This document shows, one piece after another, positions 20,239 through 30,837 of a DNA stretch of 64,000 nucleotides (positions within the stretch are counted from its first letter, which is position 1; each line of letters begins with the position of its first letter). Location of the stretch: contig JAVJNR010000003.1 of assembly GCA_040217195.1 (NCBI GenBank), positions 320,001 through 384,000 on the forward strand, written 5' to 3'. The notes under the pieces are model-generated. The model was not told the origin of the DNA. It saw nothing but the letters and a program-made list of their open reading frames with translations, and made no database searches. Both the position numbers and the translations under genes were made by a program. This DNA comes from Leptospiraceae bacterium. GTDB taxonomy: Bacteria; Spirochaetota; Leptospiria; Leptospirales; Leptonemataceae.

Positions 20239-20922
20239 TCAGCCTCGACGGGGTCGCAGATGCGGGGTCATGGCCGCGCCAAAAGCGGACGGGTTATGGG
20301 ACTGACAATACAGCTTACCTTTGCCAGAGAATCGACATACCAGGCCTTCTCCACCCAGGAAGGAACTGATCCAGCTCTTTCCGGCTTTGGAGATCTTGAA
20401 GCTCAATGTCTCCTGGAAAGCTACAATATGCCCGGTATCCACAATGAAATCCCCATCCACATCTACAGAATAGATAGTGCCAAAGGAATTCATTAGAAGC
20501 TTGCCGGATCCTTTCATGCTGATCCAGAAAAGGCTCTCTCCGGAAAACATGGATTGAAAACCTTGCCAGTTCATATCCATATCGATGGAAGGCTCTGCTG
20601 CCATAAAGGAACCACCCTGAACGATAAGAGTCTCCTGATTCAGGGTAACCTCTTCAATATCGCCGGACAGCGTTGGAGCTACCCAGACATGGCCGCCATT
20701 GGCACCAGCTGTGTAATGGTTCAAAAAGAGAGATTCACCTGTGAGCAATCGCTTCAGCGATTTGAGCAAGCTTCCCTTTCCTTTTTTATGGGTAGTGGTT
20801 TCTATCTGCATGTCGCCGCTCATGGCAATCATGGAACCACCCTCTGCAGTAAACGATTCGCCTGGAGCAAGATCAACGCGGGCCGCTGAATTTCCAGGTC
20901 TGTAGTGTATTTCCGTATTCAT
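20239..20922 (-). CDS. TIGR00266/AIM24 family protein (2nd)
   Basis: AEGGSMIAM, GESLFLN, IVDTGHIVAF, GEGLVCRFSGKG. Confidence 0.92.
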   Translation of the reverse strand: MNTEIHYRPGNSAARVDLAPGESFTAEGGSMIAMSGDMQIETTTHKKGKGSLLKSLKRLLTGESLFLNHYTAGANGGHVWVAPTLSGDIEEVTLNQETLIVQGGSFMAAEPSIDMDMNWQGFQSMFSGESLFWISMKGSGKLLMNSFGTIYSVDVDGDFIVDTGHIVAFQETLSFKISKAGKSWISSFLGGEGLVCRFSGKGKLYCQSHNPSAFGAAMTPHLRPRRG

Positions 20923-20943
20923 AGTACTATCTACTCCTGATTA

Positions 20944-21609
20944 TCAGCCCCAGAAGAATGGGTTGATCCATCCGGCCATGCCGCTCAGACTTCGGGTCTG
21001 AAGCACAACTCGGCCTTTACCTTCCAGACGGGTCACCAGTCCTTCTCCGCCAAAAAAGCTTGAGAAGATTCCGCCGGCCAATTGCATTTTGAGTTTGATA
21101 CCTGGATCGTAAGCCACCAGATGGGATGTATCTACGATATATTCACCATCCAGCTCTTTATCAACGAAAGCTCCGTAAGCTCCATAATAGAGTTTACCAG
21201 TTCCGCTCACTTCCAGCTTGAACAGACCTTCGCGGCCAATAAAGGATGCGAAACCTGCCCATGCTAAACCGAGCTTGAGGTCCGGGGTGGATGCGATATA
21301 AGCACCAGGCTGCAGACAAAAAGTTTCATTGTTCAGTTCAATCTCTCGAATATCTCCGGGAGTGGCCTGAACCAGAGAACATCTGGCTGGTTTATCTGAA
21401 TTATTTGTGAACTCGTTCACAAAAAGGGACTCTCCCCCGAGGAATTTCTTAAGGGGAGCACGAAAAAATCCACCGTTTAGTTTGGCTTTCATATCCAGAT
21501 CAGCTTCCATGGAGGCCATGGCACCTGACTCTGCGATAATGGTTTCGCCTGGTTCTAACTCGACGTGGATGGACGCGAATGCGGGAGCACCAGTGATTTC
21601 ACTTTTCAT
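20944..21609 (-). CDS. TIGR00266/AIM24 family protein (1st)
   Basis: AESGAMASM, GGESLFVN, EGLF, IVDTSHLVAY, GEGLV..LEGKG.V.LQTR. Confidence 0.92.
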   Translation of the reverse strand: MKSEITGAPAFASIHVELEPGETIIAESGAMASMEADLDMKAKLNGGFFRAPLKKFLGGESLFVNEFTNNSDKPARCSLVQATPGDIREIELNNETFCLQPGAYIASTPDLKLGLAWAGFASFIGREGLFKLEVSGTGKLYYGAYGAFVDKELDGEYIVDTSHLVAYDPGIKLKMQLAGGIFSSFFGGEGLVTRLEGKGRVVLQTRSLSGMAGWINPFFWG

Positions 21610-21612
21610 AGG

Positions 21613-22761
21613 CTATTCTGGGAGGCTGATCCTCCGCTGAATTTTCTGAATGTCCAGCGGAATTTTTTGAAAATTTCGATCTGCAGGTAATTCGTCGATT
21701 TTTTGTTGAATAAACTCAATACGTTCGTCGGTGGCAGGATGAGTTCCCATGATGGCCATTGCACTTTGCTCAGTATCCGACATTTGTTCTTCCTGAATCT
21801 CCTGGATTCTTCTAAAGAAAGTTAGCATTCCTCGGGGATCGATACCCGCTTTTACCAGAAGTTCGAAGCCGGTTTCATCCGCCTGGCGTTCAAAGTCCCG
21901 GCTGAATTTTTGAGAAAGCAAGAACCCTCCCTGATCGGCCAGTGCAGCGATCAATCCCTGGGTATCTCCAAACACGGCTCCTACCAGCACATACAGTCCA
22001 ATTCGACGAACCATCAGCTGAGTGCCATGCCGATGAATTACGTGGGCCATTTCATGAGCCAGAACTCCTGCCACTTCCTCGGCGGAGTCCGCTTTTTCCA
22101 ATAAAGCAGAATGAATGAAGATGGATCCGCCAGGTAAGGCAAATGCATTCACATCTTGATGATGAACCACTTGAAATTTGAATGGAAAAGGCGAATCGGC
22201 CACCTTCAGGAGTGGCCCGGTCATGGTTTCAATACCTTCGTTCACTACCGGATCTTTGACTACCGACATGGTGCTCATCATGTTTTCTTCCACCAGTTCA
22301 CCCAGTTTAACTTCCGCGTCCGGTGGAATCTGATCAATGGCAGCCTGAAAAAGAAGTCCACGGCCCACCCAGGCAGCCGCCACCAGGCCCAGTGTAACAA
22401 GTGCCAGGGTCCAGTAGCCACTTTTCACTCTGCGATGCCGACCTACGATCTTCTTGATAGCCGGTTCCAGTTCAGGTTTCTGCAAAGCCCTCTCTTTAAG
22501 AATCGCTCTGTCCGTAGTGTACACAGATATGCTGGCACGAACGGGACTTTTGAAATAGATCAATCGGTTTTGATTTCCACCGGCGGTGATTTCCAGTTTT
22601 TCCAGTGGCAGCTGTATAGGATTTTCCGAGGAATTGGGCCTGAACTCAAGGGTTCCTTCCATGACTCGAAGCATGCCGGCCACCCGGCTACCGTCCTCCA
22701 GAAATGCTGCTCCTTCATAAGTTGCTGAGACTTCGCCTGCACGAGCTGTAAGATCTTCCAT
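21613..22761 (-). CDS. M48 family zinc metallopeptidase with N-terminal beta domain and one TM
   Basis: VNAFALPGG, VLAHEMAHV, FSRDFERQAD, THP..ER. Confidence 0.93.
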   Translation of the reverse strand: MEDLTARAGEVSATYEGAAFLEDGSRVAGMLRVMEGTLEFRPNSSENPIQLPLEKLEITAGGNQNRLIYFKSPVRASISVYTTDRAILKERALQKPELEPAIKKIVGRHRRVKSGYWTLALVTLGLVAAAWVGRGLLFQAAIDQIPPDAEVKLGELVEENMMSTMSVVKDPVVNEGIETMTGPLLKVADSPFPFKFQVVHHQDVNAFALPGGSIFIHSALLEKADSAEEVAGVLAHEMAHVIHRHGTQLMVRRIGLYVLVGAVFGDTQGLIAALADQGGFLLSQKFSRDFERQADETGFELLVKAGIDPRGMLTFFRRIQEIQEEQMSDTEQSAMAIMGTHPATDERIEFIQQKIDELPADRNFQKIPLDIQKIQRRISLPE

Positions 22762-22818
22762 ATGTACCGGGATAATACATGAATTGCACTGTCAGCCAAG
22801 CAAAATTACCCTGACTTG

Positions 22819-23901
22819 ATGAAATCCTTTCTAATCTACGGCGCCAGCGGATATACCGGGGAACTAATAGCAAATAAATCCAGGGAACTGGGATATCCTG
22901 CAATCCTTGCCGGGCGAAACGCAGACAAGATTCGCCCACTGGCAGAAAAACTCGACCTACCGTTTCGAATATTCGATCTGGAGAGCTCGGATCGCATAGT
23001 ATCTTCTATTAAAGACTGTTTTGCTGTGCTCCATTGTGCAGGCCCTTTTATTCATACAGCAAAGCCCATGGCCGCTGCCTGCATAAAGGCTGGAGTCCAC
23101 TACCTGGATATTACTGGAGAGATACCGGTCTTTCAGAGTATTCAAGCCCTGGATTCCGAGGCCAAATCGGTCGGCGTAGCGCTGATGCCAGGCACAGGAT
23201 TCGATGTTGTACCCACAGATTGTGCTGCCGCCATGGTAGCCGAACTCTGTTCCGATGCGACAGACCTGGACATCGCCTTTTTCTCCCTGGGTAAGATGTC
23301 CCGTGGTACCATGAAAAGTGCACTTCTTCAAATGCCCGAGGGAAATAAGATCCGAAGAAATGGTGAGCTGAAGTCCGGACCCCTACTGAAACTGAAAAAA
23401 ACGGTGGAACTGGCTGGAAAGCCTCGCACCGGATTCAGTATACCCTGGGGTGATGTATTCACGGCCGGCATCTCCACTGGCATTCCCAACATCACAGTCT
23501 ATTCCATGGTTCCCGGATTACCGGTTTTTATGGCTCCGGTCATTCGGCCCCTCACTGGAATTCTTAAAAGCGCCTCCGTGCAGTCATTTCTGCGGAATCG
23601 CATTGATGCGGGTGAGGCAGGCCCGGATGAAAACACCAGACAATCCCAGAAAAGCTACGTATATGCGAAAGCCTGGGATGCAAAAAGTGTGTCCGGTGGT
23701 AAGCCAGAAAGATTCGCAGAAGTGGAGCTGGAAACTATGGAGGGGTATCGATTTACTATCGAATCAGCTCTGGCAGCACTGAAATCCCTGGATGAGTCTT
23801 CAGGTCTTAAGGGTTTTTTGACACCATCCATGGCGTTTGGAAAGGACTTTGTTCTGGGGCTGCCAGATACAAGATTGATACGAACCAAAAAGAACGGATA
23901 G
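22819..23901 (+). CDS. Saccharopine dehydrogenase-like NAD(P)-binding oxidoreductase
   Basis: IYGASGYTG, AGRN, HCAGPF, HYLDITGE, GFDVVPTD, TPSMAFG. Confidence 0.9.
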   Translation: MKSFLIYGASGYTGELIANKSRELGYPAILAGRNADKIRPLAEKLDLPFRIFDLESSDRIVSSIKDCFAVLHCAGPFIHTAKPMAAACIKAGVHYLDITGEIPVFQSIQALDSEAKSVGVALMPGTGFDVVPTDCAAAMVAELCSDATDLDIAFFSLGKMSRGTMKSALLQMPEGNKIRRNGELKSGPLLKLKKTVELAGKPRTGFSIPWGDVFTAGISTGIPNITVYSMVPGLPVFMAPVIRPLTGILKSASVQSFLRNRIDAGEAGPDENTRQSQKSYVYAKAWDAKSVSGGKPERFAEVELETMEGYRFTIESALAALKSLDESSGLKGFLTPSMAFGKDFVLGLPDTRLIRTKKNG

Positions 23902-24240
23902 TCAGTAACCCCGGAATAAATTCTGTTTTTTTTAATGCATCGCCCTTGATTCAAAATCATTGATCATCGGCACTCCATTTAGCACTGCCAACCAGGGTTT
24001 CATTCCTGATCGACTTTCATTCATTCCACACACCCCTGGAGCCGGGCCCAGGAGTTTGGCCGGCAGACAATATTCGCAAAGAAATAGTTTGAATCCGGGC
24101 TAAATCTGTCACAGTCCTCTGCTACAATGGCTACAGGTTCAGGTAATCATAGATGGCAGGGCCTGAGGCCTGAAAATGCTTTTATAAACCGGGCAAGGGA
24201 TGGCCTGCAGACAAAGCTTCTCACTGAAATCGGAGGGATC

Positions 24241-24801
24241 ATGAAAACACAGTATTACACAGCCACTACCCTGGATGGATTCATTGCCACCCTGGACCAT
24301 AGCCTGGAATGGCTATTCCCTCTCGGTGACATCGCAGACACGGGGTACGATGCATTCTTTGCCGATGTAGGTGCTCTGGCCATGGGATCGGCGACCTATG
24401 AATGGCTGATAGCCAACCATTTAAGACCGGGCACAGAAGAGGAAAAACCCTGGCCATATGAGAGCCCGGTCTGGGTATTCAGCAATCGATCCTTTTCTTT
24501 TCCTGAAGGAGCTGATATTAATACCGCGAACGGAGATGTCCGCCCGGTTCATGAAGCGATGAAGAAGGCTGCAGACGGCAAAAACATCTGGATTGTAGGT
24601 GGCGGTGATCTGGCAGGGCAGTTCTACGATGCTGAACTACTCGATGAAATGATAGTTACAGTTGGATCCACGACCCTGGGCCGGGGTATGCCTTTATTTC
24701 CCCGGGAAACCCCGCCCGGGCGGTTGAAATTGCAGGATGCCAGGCCGATGGGAACAGGATTCGCGGAGCTACGCTACGAAATTGATTACGGAGCTGTATA
24801 G
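24241..24801 (+). CDS. Dihydrofolate reductase-like (RibD C-terminal) protein
   Basis: ATTLDGFIA, MGSATYEW, NIWIVGGGDLA, LGRGMPLF; GGAGGG RBS before ATG 24241. Confidence 0.88.
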   Translation: MKTQYYTATTLDGFIATLDHSLEWLFPLGDIADTGYDAFFADVGALAMGSATYEWLIANHLRPGTEEEKPWPYESPVWVFSNRSFSFPEGADINTANGDVRPVHEAMKKAADGKNIWIVGGGDLAGQFYDAELLDEMIVTVGSTTLGRGMPLFPRETPPGRLKLQDARPMGTGFAELRYEIDYGAV

Positions 24802-25007
24802 CCTCCGAACTAGCTGTTCATCCTGGGCATCTATTTCGATGCCCCCCCGGGCAAAAAATCGCGGAAAGGCTCGAATGTTCGGAGGAAGTGTTCGGATGTT
24901 CCCCGGAAAGAAATATCTGTTTTGCCATTCGTTTACATGGCACAGTATTTCAGCGGACAATGACTCGGGGGCCTGAGAGGGTTCAGCCTGAATCCGGAAT
25001 ACTATCT

Positions 25008-25874
25008 CTATCTGAACAGATTAAACGGGAACGTGGGCAATACCAGTTTTCGAACCGGTACCGCGATCTGGATGCCTGCCTTTTGAAGTGCATTGTGTAA
25101 TGCCAGCAAGCCTTCATGCTTTGCCTCGAAGTAACCCTGCTGGTTGGGGTATTCAATCCAGTAACGAGCAATGACCTTCATTCCGTATTCGCCAGCTTCA
25201 TCCAGTAGAACGCTAAACTCTGTTTCCGGCTTTCGCCTGGTAAGCTGTTCCAGGGCCCGCTCCATGACTTGTTTTGCCCTTTCCAGGTCACAGTGAAATG
25301 GAAGAACTAAAGGAAGATCGATTCTTCGTAATCCGGTACGACTGAAGTTCTTCAGAGGCTCTCGGTACACCTCCCTGTTTGGAATCACAACGATCTGTCC
25401 CTGGGGAGTTCTTAGATCTGTGGCGCCCAGCCCTACTTTAACAATTCCACCAAAGTGACCTCTAATTTCTACGATATCTCCCACAACAAAGGGACGTTGA
25501 AAAGCCAGTATGATTCCACTCAAATAGTTGGAAGCCACTTCTCTAAAAGCGAAACCCAGAGCCAGACCAATGATTCCTGCACCGGCCAGTAAACTTGATA
25601 CCGCTCGATCCAGCTTGAGAACTCCCAGAGCTACAAAAAGGCCAATGACAATAATCGTAATTTGAACAATCCCGCCCAGGATATAGACCAGGTTCGCATT
25701 GCTGGAAAACCGCTTTAACAGGCGGACAGTGGTACGACGAAGTAGTTTTGCAAAAACAAAAAATAGAAGCAGAACCACGATGGCTGCAATCGCATTTGGC
25801 AGACTGACAATTAATGCATCGGCCCAGTCCAGTAATTTTAACTCCAGAAGGCTGTAGACTCTTTGCAAATCCAT
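25008..25874 (-). CDS. mscS: Small-conductance mechanosensitive channel (MscS family)
   Basis: LLAGAGIIGLALGFAF..VASNYLSG....RPF.VGD.VE, VVIPN. Confidence 0.9.
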   Translation of the reverse strand: MDLQRVYSLLELKLLDWADALIVSLPNAIAAIVVLLLFFVFAKLLRRTTVRLLKRFSSNANLVYILGGIVQITIIVIGLFVALGVLKLDRAVSSLLAGAGIIGLALGFAFREVASNYLSGIILAFQRPFVVGDIVEIRGHFGGIVKVGLGATDLRTPQGQIVVIPNREVYREPLKNFSRTGLRRIDLPLVLPFHCDLERAKQVMERALEQLTRRKPETEFSVLLDEAGEYGMKVIARYWIEYPNQQGYFEAKHEGLLALHNALQKAGIQIAVPVRKLVLPTFPFNLFR

Positions 25875-25918
25875 CCCGGTTAACTTAGGAAGTCACAATT
25901 AAAAGTCCAGGGGAATAA

Positions 25919-27358
25919 ATGATTCCGGAACCCGGATCCGGAAAGCCCGCGAATAACCAGAAGCCGGATTCCTTTTTCTTGCCAGAAAAACTGCTTTCGA
26001 ATAGGTTGATGGATTCCATGAAATTTCCGTTTTCTGTCAACGCTGAATTCTTCCGGCTTCCGGTGGGTCTACTAGTGGTACTGACCGCGTATCTTATTTA
26101 TCAACAGGCAGAATTTGGTGGAACCATGGATACTTATCTGCATTTGCCTATCGCATCGACGCTGGTGGATTCAGGAACCATGAACATTGACATCTGGCGA
26201 AACCATAAGTTCATGGATCCTCTATTCGAAATGCAGTTCTGGATGATCCAGAGAGACGGTCTCACGTATAGCTACTTCCCCTTTGGCAGTAGCCTCATGG
26301 CCGTACCCTACGCACTATACATCGGACCAGTGCTCATTCAGACTCCAGGTTTCGACCACCGGAACGCACAGCAGAACTTTGCCAGCTTGCTTGCCGCCTG
26401 GAGCCTTCTTTTTATTTACCTGACTCTACTGAGGGTATCTGGCAGGATTTTGATTTCAGCATCCGGAACCGTGGCAGTGGCATTTGGGACAACTATCTAC
26501 AGTACCGCGGCCGTCGCAATCTGGACCCATACTACAGGTCTGCTGTGCCTATCCTTTGGGCTTTATTGTCTGACAACCACGGCGTATTCCAGGCATAACA
26601 ATCGAACGTGGCATTTGCTACTCTGGCTACCGGCTGGAATTCTTGCGGGAATAGCCTGCATCATTCGTCCTACGAACATCGTCTTTCTGTCTTCCATGCT
26701 CCTGTACTGCACATTGACACGACAGTGGAAGGCTCTCGGTCTTGCAGTGCTAGGAGGCACACCTGCTATTCTATGCGGGCTCCTTCTAAGCAAGTTAACC
26801 TTCGGAACCTATCTCCCTCCGTACATTGGGGAGCAAGGTTTAACCGGCCTCATACCGGAGGCTTTGCTCGCTTACCTGATAAGTCCAGGTCGGGGATTAT
26901 TCATCTATATGCCTTTTTCGATTCTTGCCCTTTTCGCAATGCCTCAGATTCTTCGAGGTATCCGGGCAGCGACGGTTCTTCGTTTCCCCCGCCGAAATCT
27001 AATTCTACTTCTTTGCGCTGGCAATACAACAATTGGTTACCTGATTTTTTGCTCCTGGAGTGGGTGGTGGGGCGGCTGGAGCTACGGTCCTAGATTCTGG
27101 ACGGAAGCGGTGCCCTTTCTAGCTGTTCTATCCACCGCAGGCTACATGCAAGCTGAATCTACCTTTTCCAGATCCCAACCCGGATTCAGGCCTGCGCTTC
27201 GATTGATCCTATTTTTTCTGTTTTGCTGGTCCCTGTTTGTGCATTCTGTGGGCGCGAATTCTCGAAAGGCCATGATATGGAACCAGATTCCGCCTCACCT
27301 TGGCATTTCTTCAGACCGGGTTTGGGATTGGAGGGACCCTCAATTCTTCGCATTCTAA
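25919..27358 (+). CDS. Polytopic membrane protein, probable GT-C fold glycosyltransferase
   Basis: About 10 TM segments; YSYFPFG, IRP, LISPGRGLFIYMP, WWGGWSYGPRF; start may be 26009 or 26018. Confidence 0.6.
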   Translation: MIPEPGSGKPANNQKPDSFFLPEKLLSNRLMDSMKFPFSVNAEFFRLPVGLLVVLTAYLIYQQAEFGGTMDTYLHLPIASTLVDSGTMNIDIWRNHKFMDPLFEMQFWMIQRDGLTYSYFPFGSSLMAVPYALYIGPVLIQTPGFDHRNAQQNFASLLAAWSLLFIYLTLLRVSGRILISASGTVAVAFGTTIYSTAAVAIWTHTTGLLCLSFGLYCLTTTAYSRHNNRTWHLLLWLPAGILAGIACIIRPTNIVFLSSMLLYCTLTRQWKALGLAVLGGTPAILCGLLLSKLTFGTYLPPYIGEQGLTGLIPEALLAYLISPGRGLFIYMPFSILALFAMPQILRGIRAATVLRFPRRNLILLLCAGNTTIGYLIFCSWSGWWGGWSYGPRFWTEAVPFLAVLSTAGYMQAESTFSRSQPGFRPALRLILFFLFCWSLFVHSVGANSRKAMIWNQIPPHLGISSDRVWDWRDPQFFAF

Positions 27359-27415
27359 GAGTCAGGCCACCGGAACTCCAGGCACTGTAAGTCATCCTCT
27401 CAAGAAAGAATAACC

Positions 27416-29992
27416 CTATCCTTCCTCTCGAATCAACTGGACTGGAGATGTATGAAAAACCTCACGACTAATCCATAGACCAATCAGGATATTTAACACG
27501 ATAGTTCCGGCAAAAAGCAATCCCAGGGAAAGGTAAGGCACCGCTGCATCGCTTTCGAAGAAATAGGAAAGCACCGGCCGACTTACAACTTCTGCCAGTA
27601 ACCAGCCAACCACACAGCCAAGAAAACTGAGTATTCCGTATTCGTATGTGAGAATCTTTCGTATGTCTGTTGCGCTGGCCCCCAGAACTTTAAGTAGCAT
27701 ACTTTCTCGAAGTCTTTGAAATCGACCTGCTGCCACCGCTCCTACCAGAATTACAATACCATTGGCCAGAGTCATATAGGAAAGAAATTGAATCACTACA
27801 CTGATTCTGCGCATGATGTAGCTAGCATTTCGCACAGCTTCTGAAATATCGATTATTGTTAAATTCGGGAACTCCTGCACCATGGATTTCTGAAAATCTA
27901 CAATGTCAGACTCCAGGCGAAAGCTGGCAATGGTCATGCCCGGAGCATTTTCAAGAAGTCCTGGAGAGAAAACAAAATAGGAATTTGGCTTTATGGCCTG
28001 CCATTCCACTTCCCGCAAACTGGTCACTTCTGCATCCAGAGGAAGTCCCTGAATATCCATGGTGATTTGATCCCCCACTTCTATGTCCAGCTGCTCGGCC
28101 AGGTCTTCGTCAATGGATACCTGCTGATTGGAAGGTATGCCGTTCCAGAAATCCCCATCGGTCACTTCTTCAGAAGAAATAGTATGATCACGATAGGTAA
28201 CCCGATACTCCCGGGTCAGCAATCGATCTTCCCAGCTACGATTCACCGAGTCCGGATCCACCGCTGACTTGTCCAGGGCCTGGCCATTGATGGCCTGCAG
28301 TCTGGCAGGAATCATAGGAGCCATAGATATATCCTTCGCACCCCTGTTTTCAATAAATCCCTGGAATTCTGAGAGCTGATCCTTTTGCAGATCGATCACA
28401 AATACATTCGGTAGATCTTCTCTGGTTTCTACATTGATCTCTTCCTGAATGGAGTTTTCCAGGATGTATACGGAGCTTAATAAGAGAATGCCCAGACCTA
28501 TGCTGGTCAGGACGCTGGCGGTTTGATTCCCCGGACGATACAAACTGGCAATACCATAAGAAGCATGTACAGACTGAGCCGGAACAATCCGTGCCAGTCG
28601 CATTACTCCCATGGCAAAAAGAAACAGAAGTGCGATGCAACCGGCGATGGCCGCAGCAAACCCTATGGAAGCCCCCGCCGATTCGGTTTGCCAGTAAACA
28701 ACGGAAATAACAGAGATCACGGAAAGCACCGCCACTCCCAGAATAATCAGCAACCGACTTCTACCTTGCTCCTCCTCGGCGCTTTTTCGGATGACCCGAA
28801 GAGGCGAAACATTTCGCATCCTGAATACCGGAATCAACACAAATATGGCACAGGCTACAGTACCTATGAGCACAGATTGAAACAATGTTAGCCAGGAGAA
28901 CTGTAGCTGAATCTGAACTGGCAGTAGTTCACTACCCAGAAGTGACTTCAGCCATTCAAAGGCCAGAGGAGGAATCAAGCTTCCAGGAATGGCCCCAAGT
29001 AAAGAGCCCAGAATTCCGGGGATCATAGACAGGAAAAAGTAAATGGCAAACACCTGGGCTGGAGTGGCTCCCAGGCTTCGCAGTATGGCCCCATGCTGAA
29101 TCCTATCCTTTAGGAAAACACTGATTCCAGAACCAATTCCCAGTCCGCCAAGTATGAGAGTTACAATGCCTACGATGCTCAGGAAATCTGCCACAATGCG
29201 CAGAACTCTTCTGAGGCTATCCGCCCCTTCCTTCGATGTGCTGATCTCTAAATTCTCTTCCCGAAGAGCTGCAGAGAAATATTTGGATTTCACATCCTCC
29301 GCGGACATGGCTTCCGGAAGAATAAACATCTCATGATAGCGAACGCGGCTTCCTCGTTGCAGGAGTTCCGTGGACTCAGCAAAACGTGAGCCAATGTACA
29401 GGGTTTTTGCATATCCAAAGCCGGACGCTACGGTTCCGGGCTCCGGGACAAAAACAGCCAGCATGCGAAAATCTCTGGAACCCAGGCGAATCGTATCCCC
29501 CGGCTTCACTTCCATGGATTTGGCCAGATCTGGATCCAGAATAGCCCCGGGCATTCCACCCTGTTCGGCCTGAAGCTCTGTCCAGGCTCCGGCCGGCTCG
29601 GTCTGCACTCTTCCGTAGAATGGAAATCCGGGCCCGATAGCTCGAACCCGGGCCAGTGCCGTGGACTTTACCTCATCACCGGCGGAATTGCGATGCTGGG
29701 CCATGGTATTGAATTCCAGCAATGAAGCAGAACGAGCCCCGGTATCCAGCAATTCCTTCTTAATCTCATTAGCTCTGGGTCCGTCCTGCTTTCGCGTAGA
29801 CTCCAGAATCAGATCCGCGCCTACCAGCCGGCGAGTCTGGGATTGGATACTCTGTTCCACTCCGTCAACCGTGGTTTGAATCAAGGCAATGGCCGCGGTG
29901 CCCAGGGCAATACTTAGAAAACAAAAAGCGAGCTTTCCCCTGGAGTTTCGGGTTTCTTTCCAGGCAAGCTCCAGTCCGTAACCGAGCTTCAT
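27416..29992 (-). CDS. ABC transporter permease, YbbP-like (two FtsX domains)
   Basis: 858 aa; FPFYG, ILRSLGA, PNVFVIDLQ, LLKVLGA. Confidence 0.9.
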   Translation of the reverse strand: MKLGYGLELAWKETRNSRGKLAFCFLSIALGTAAIALIQTTVDGVEQSIQSQTRRLVGADLILESTRKQDGPRANEIKKELLDTGARSASLLEFNTMAQHRNSAGDEVKSTALARVRAIGPGFPFYGRVQTEPAGAWTELQAEQGGMPGAILDPDLAKSMEVKPGDTIRLGSRDFRMLAVFVPEPGTVASGFGYAKTLYIGSRFAESTELLQRGSRVRYHEMFILPEAMSAEDVKSKYFSAALREENLEISTSKEGADSLRRVLRIVADFLSIVGIVTLILGGLGIGSGISVFLKDRIQHGAILRSLGATPAQVFAIYFFLSMIPGILGSLLGAIPGSLIPPLAFEWLKSLLGSELLPVQIQLQFSWLTLFQSVLIGTVACAIFVLIPVFRMRNVSPLRVIRKSAEEEQGRSRLLIILGVAVLSVISVISVVYWQTESAGASIGFAAAIAGCIALLFLFAMGVMRLARIVPAQSVHASYGIASLYRPGNQTASVLTSIGLGILLLSSVYILENSIQEEINVETREDLPNVFVIDLQKDQLSEFQGFIENRGAKDISMAPMIPARLQAINGQALDKSAVDPDSVNRSWEDRLLTREYRVTYRDHTISSEEVTDGDFWNGIPSNQQVSIDEDLAEQLDIEVGDQITMDIQGLPLDAEVTSLREVEWQAIKPNSYFVFSPGLLENAPGMTIASFRLESDIVDFQKSMVQEFPNLTIIDISEAVRNASYIMRRISVVIQFLSYMTLANGIVILVGAVAAGRFQRLRESMLLKVLGASATDIRKILTYEYGILSFLGCVVGWLLAEVVSRPVLSYFFESDAAVPYLSLGLLFAGTIVLNILIGLWISREVFHTSPVQLIREEG

Positions 29993-30837
29993 CGGGCCAC
30001 CCTTCCTTTACTGGAGGAGGCAGATCGTTTCTTTTCGGCGGATCTCTTACTGGAATTTGTCCTGGCGGAAGATTTCTTGCTGGCCTTCTTCTTATTCGTG
30101 GCAACGGCCCGCCCCTGACCGGACGAATTCTTCTTACGAACGGTACCTCTACCGTTCCCAGAACTTGTCTTTCTGTGTGTTACTATATCTGCTACCCGGC
30201 CATCCAGTAATCGAATTTCTCGATCCGCAAGACTAGCCAGTTCAGGGTTATGAGTTACCAATACCAGAGTGCAATGTTTTTTAGTTTCCATCAAAAGATC
30301 AATCACCCTCTCTCCGCTTGCAGTATCCAGGTTACCGGTGGGCTCATCCGCAAATAGAATAGAAGGTGCTATTACCGAAGCCCTGGCGATGGCCACTCTT
30401 TGCATCTCACCACCGGAGAGCTGTGTGGGATAATGATTCAGACGATCTGTCAGCTGGACTCGATCTAGCATTTCTCTGGCACGTGCATCTGCATCCGGCT
30501 TGTCCTGCAGTCGTAAAGGTAGGCTTACATTCTCCAGAGCTGTAAGAGTAGGCACAAGTTGAAAGTTCTGAAATACAAAGCCAATGCGACTGCCTCTAAA
30601 TCTCGATAGACTGGTTTCATCCATCTCATTCAGACTCTGTCCTGCAAGATGGACACTGCCCCGGGTTGGTCGGTCCAGACCTGCCAGTAAGCCCAGAAGC
30701 GTTGACTTACCGCTTCCGGATGGGCCCGTTATGGATACAAACTCTCCGCTATCGACTGTGAAGCTTACATCATCCAGTACTGTTAAGGCTCTTTCCCCTC
30801 GAATGTAATCTCTACCAAGGCTTTTTGTTTCGATCAT
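29989..30837 (-). CDS. ABC transporter ATP-binding protein, YbbA/LolD-like, with Lys/Ser-rich tail
   Basis: GPSGSGKST, LSGGEMQR, ADEPTGNLD, VTH. Confidence 0.93.
   Translation of the reverse strand: MIETKSLGRDYIRGERALTVLDDVSFTVDSGEFVSITGPSGSGKSTLLGLLAGLDRPTRGSVHLAGQSLNEMDETSLSRFRGSRIGFVFQNFQLVPTLTALENVSLPLRLQDKPDADARAREMLDRVQLTDRLNHYPTQLSGGEMQRVAIARASVIAPSILFADEPTGNLDTASGERVIDLLMETKKHCTLVLVTHNPELASLADREIRLLDGRVADIVTHRKTSSGNGRGTVRKKNSSGQGRAVATNKKKASKKSSARTNSSKRSAEKKRSASSSKGRVAR

Noticed and set aside
23946..23966. ttgattcaaaatcat as an FNR-type box
   Set aside because: Spacing does not match TTGAT-N4-ATCAA, and none was found upstream of ccoN
24870..24905. Three GTTC motifs as a LexA box
   Set aside because: Spacings fit no known SOS box, and the site lies between convergent genes
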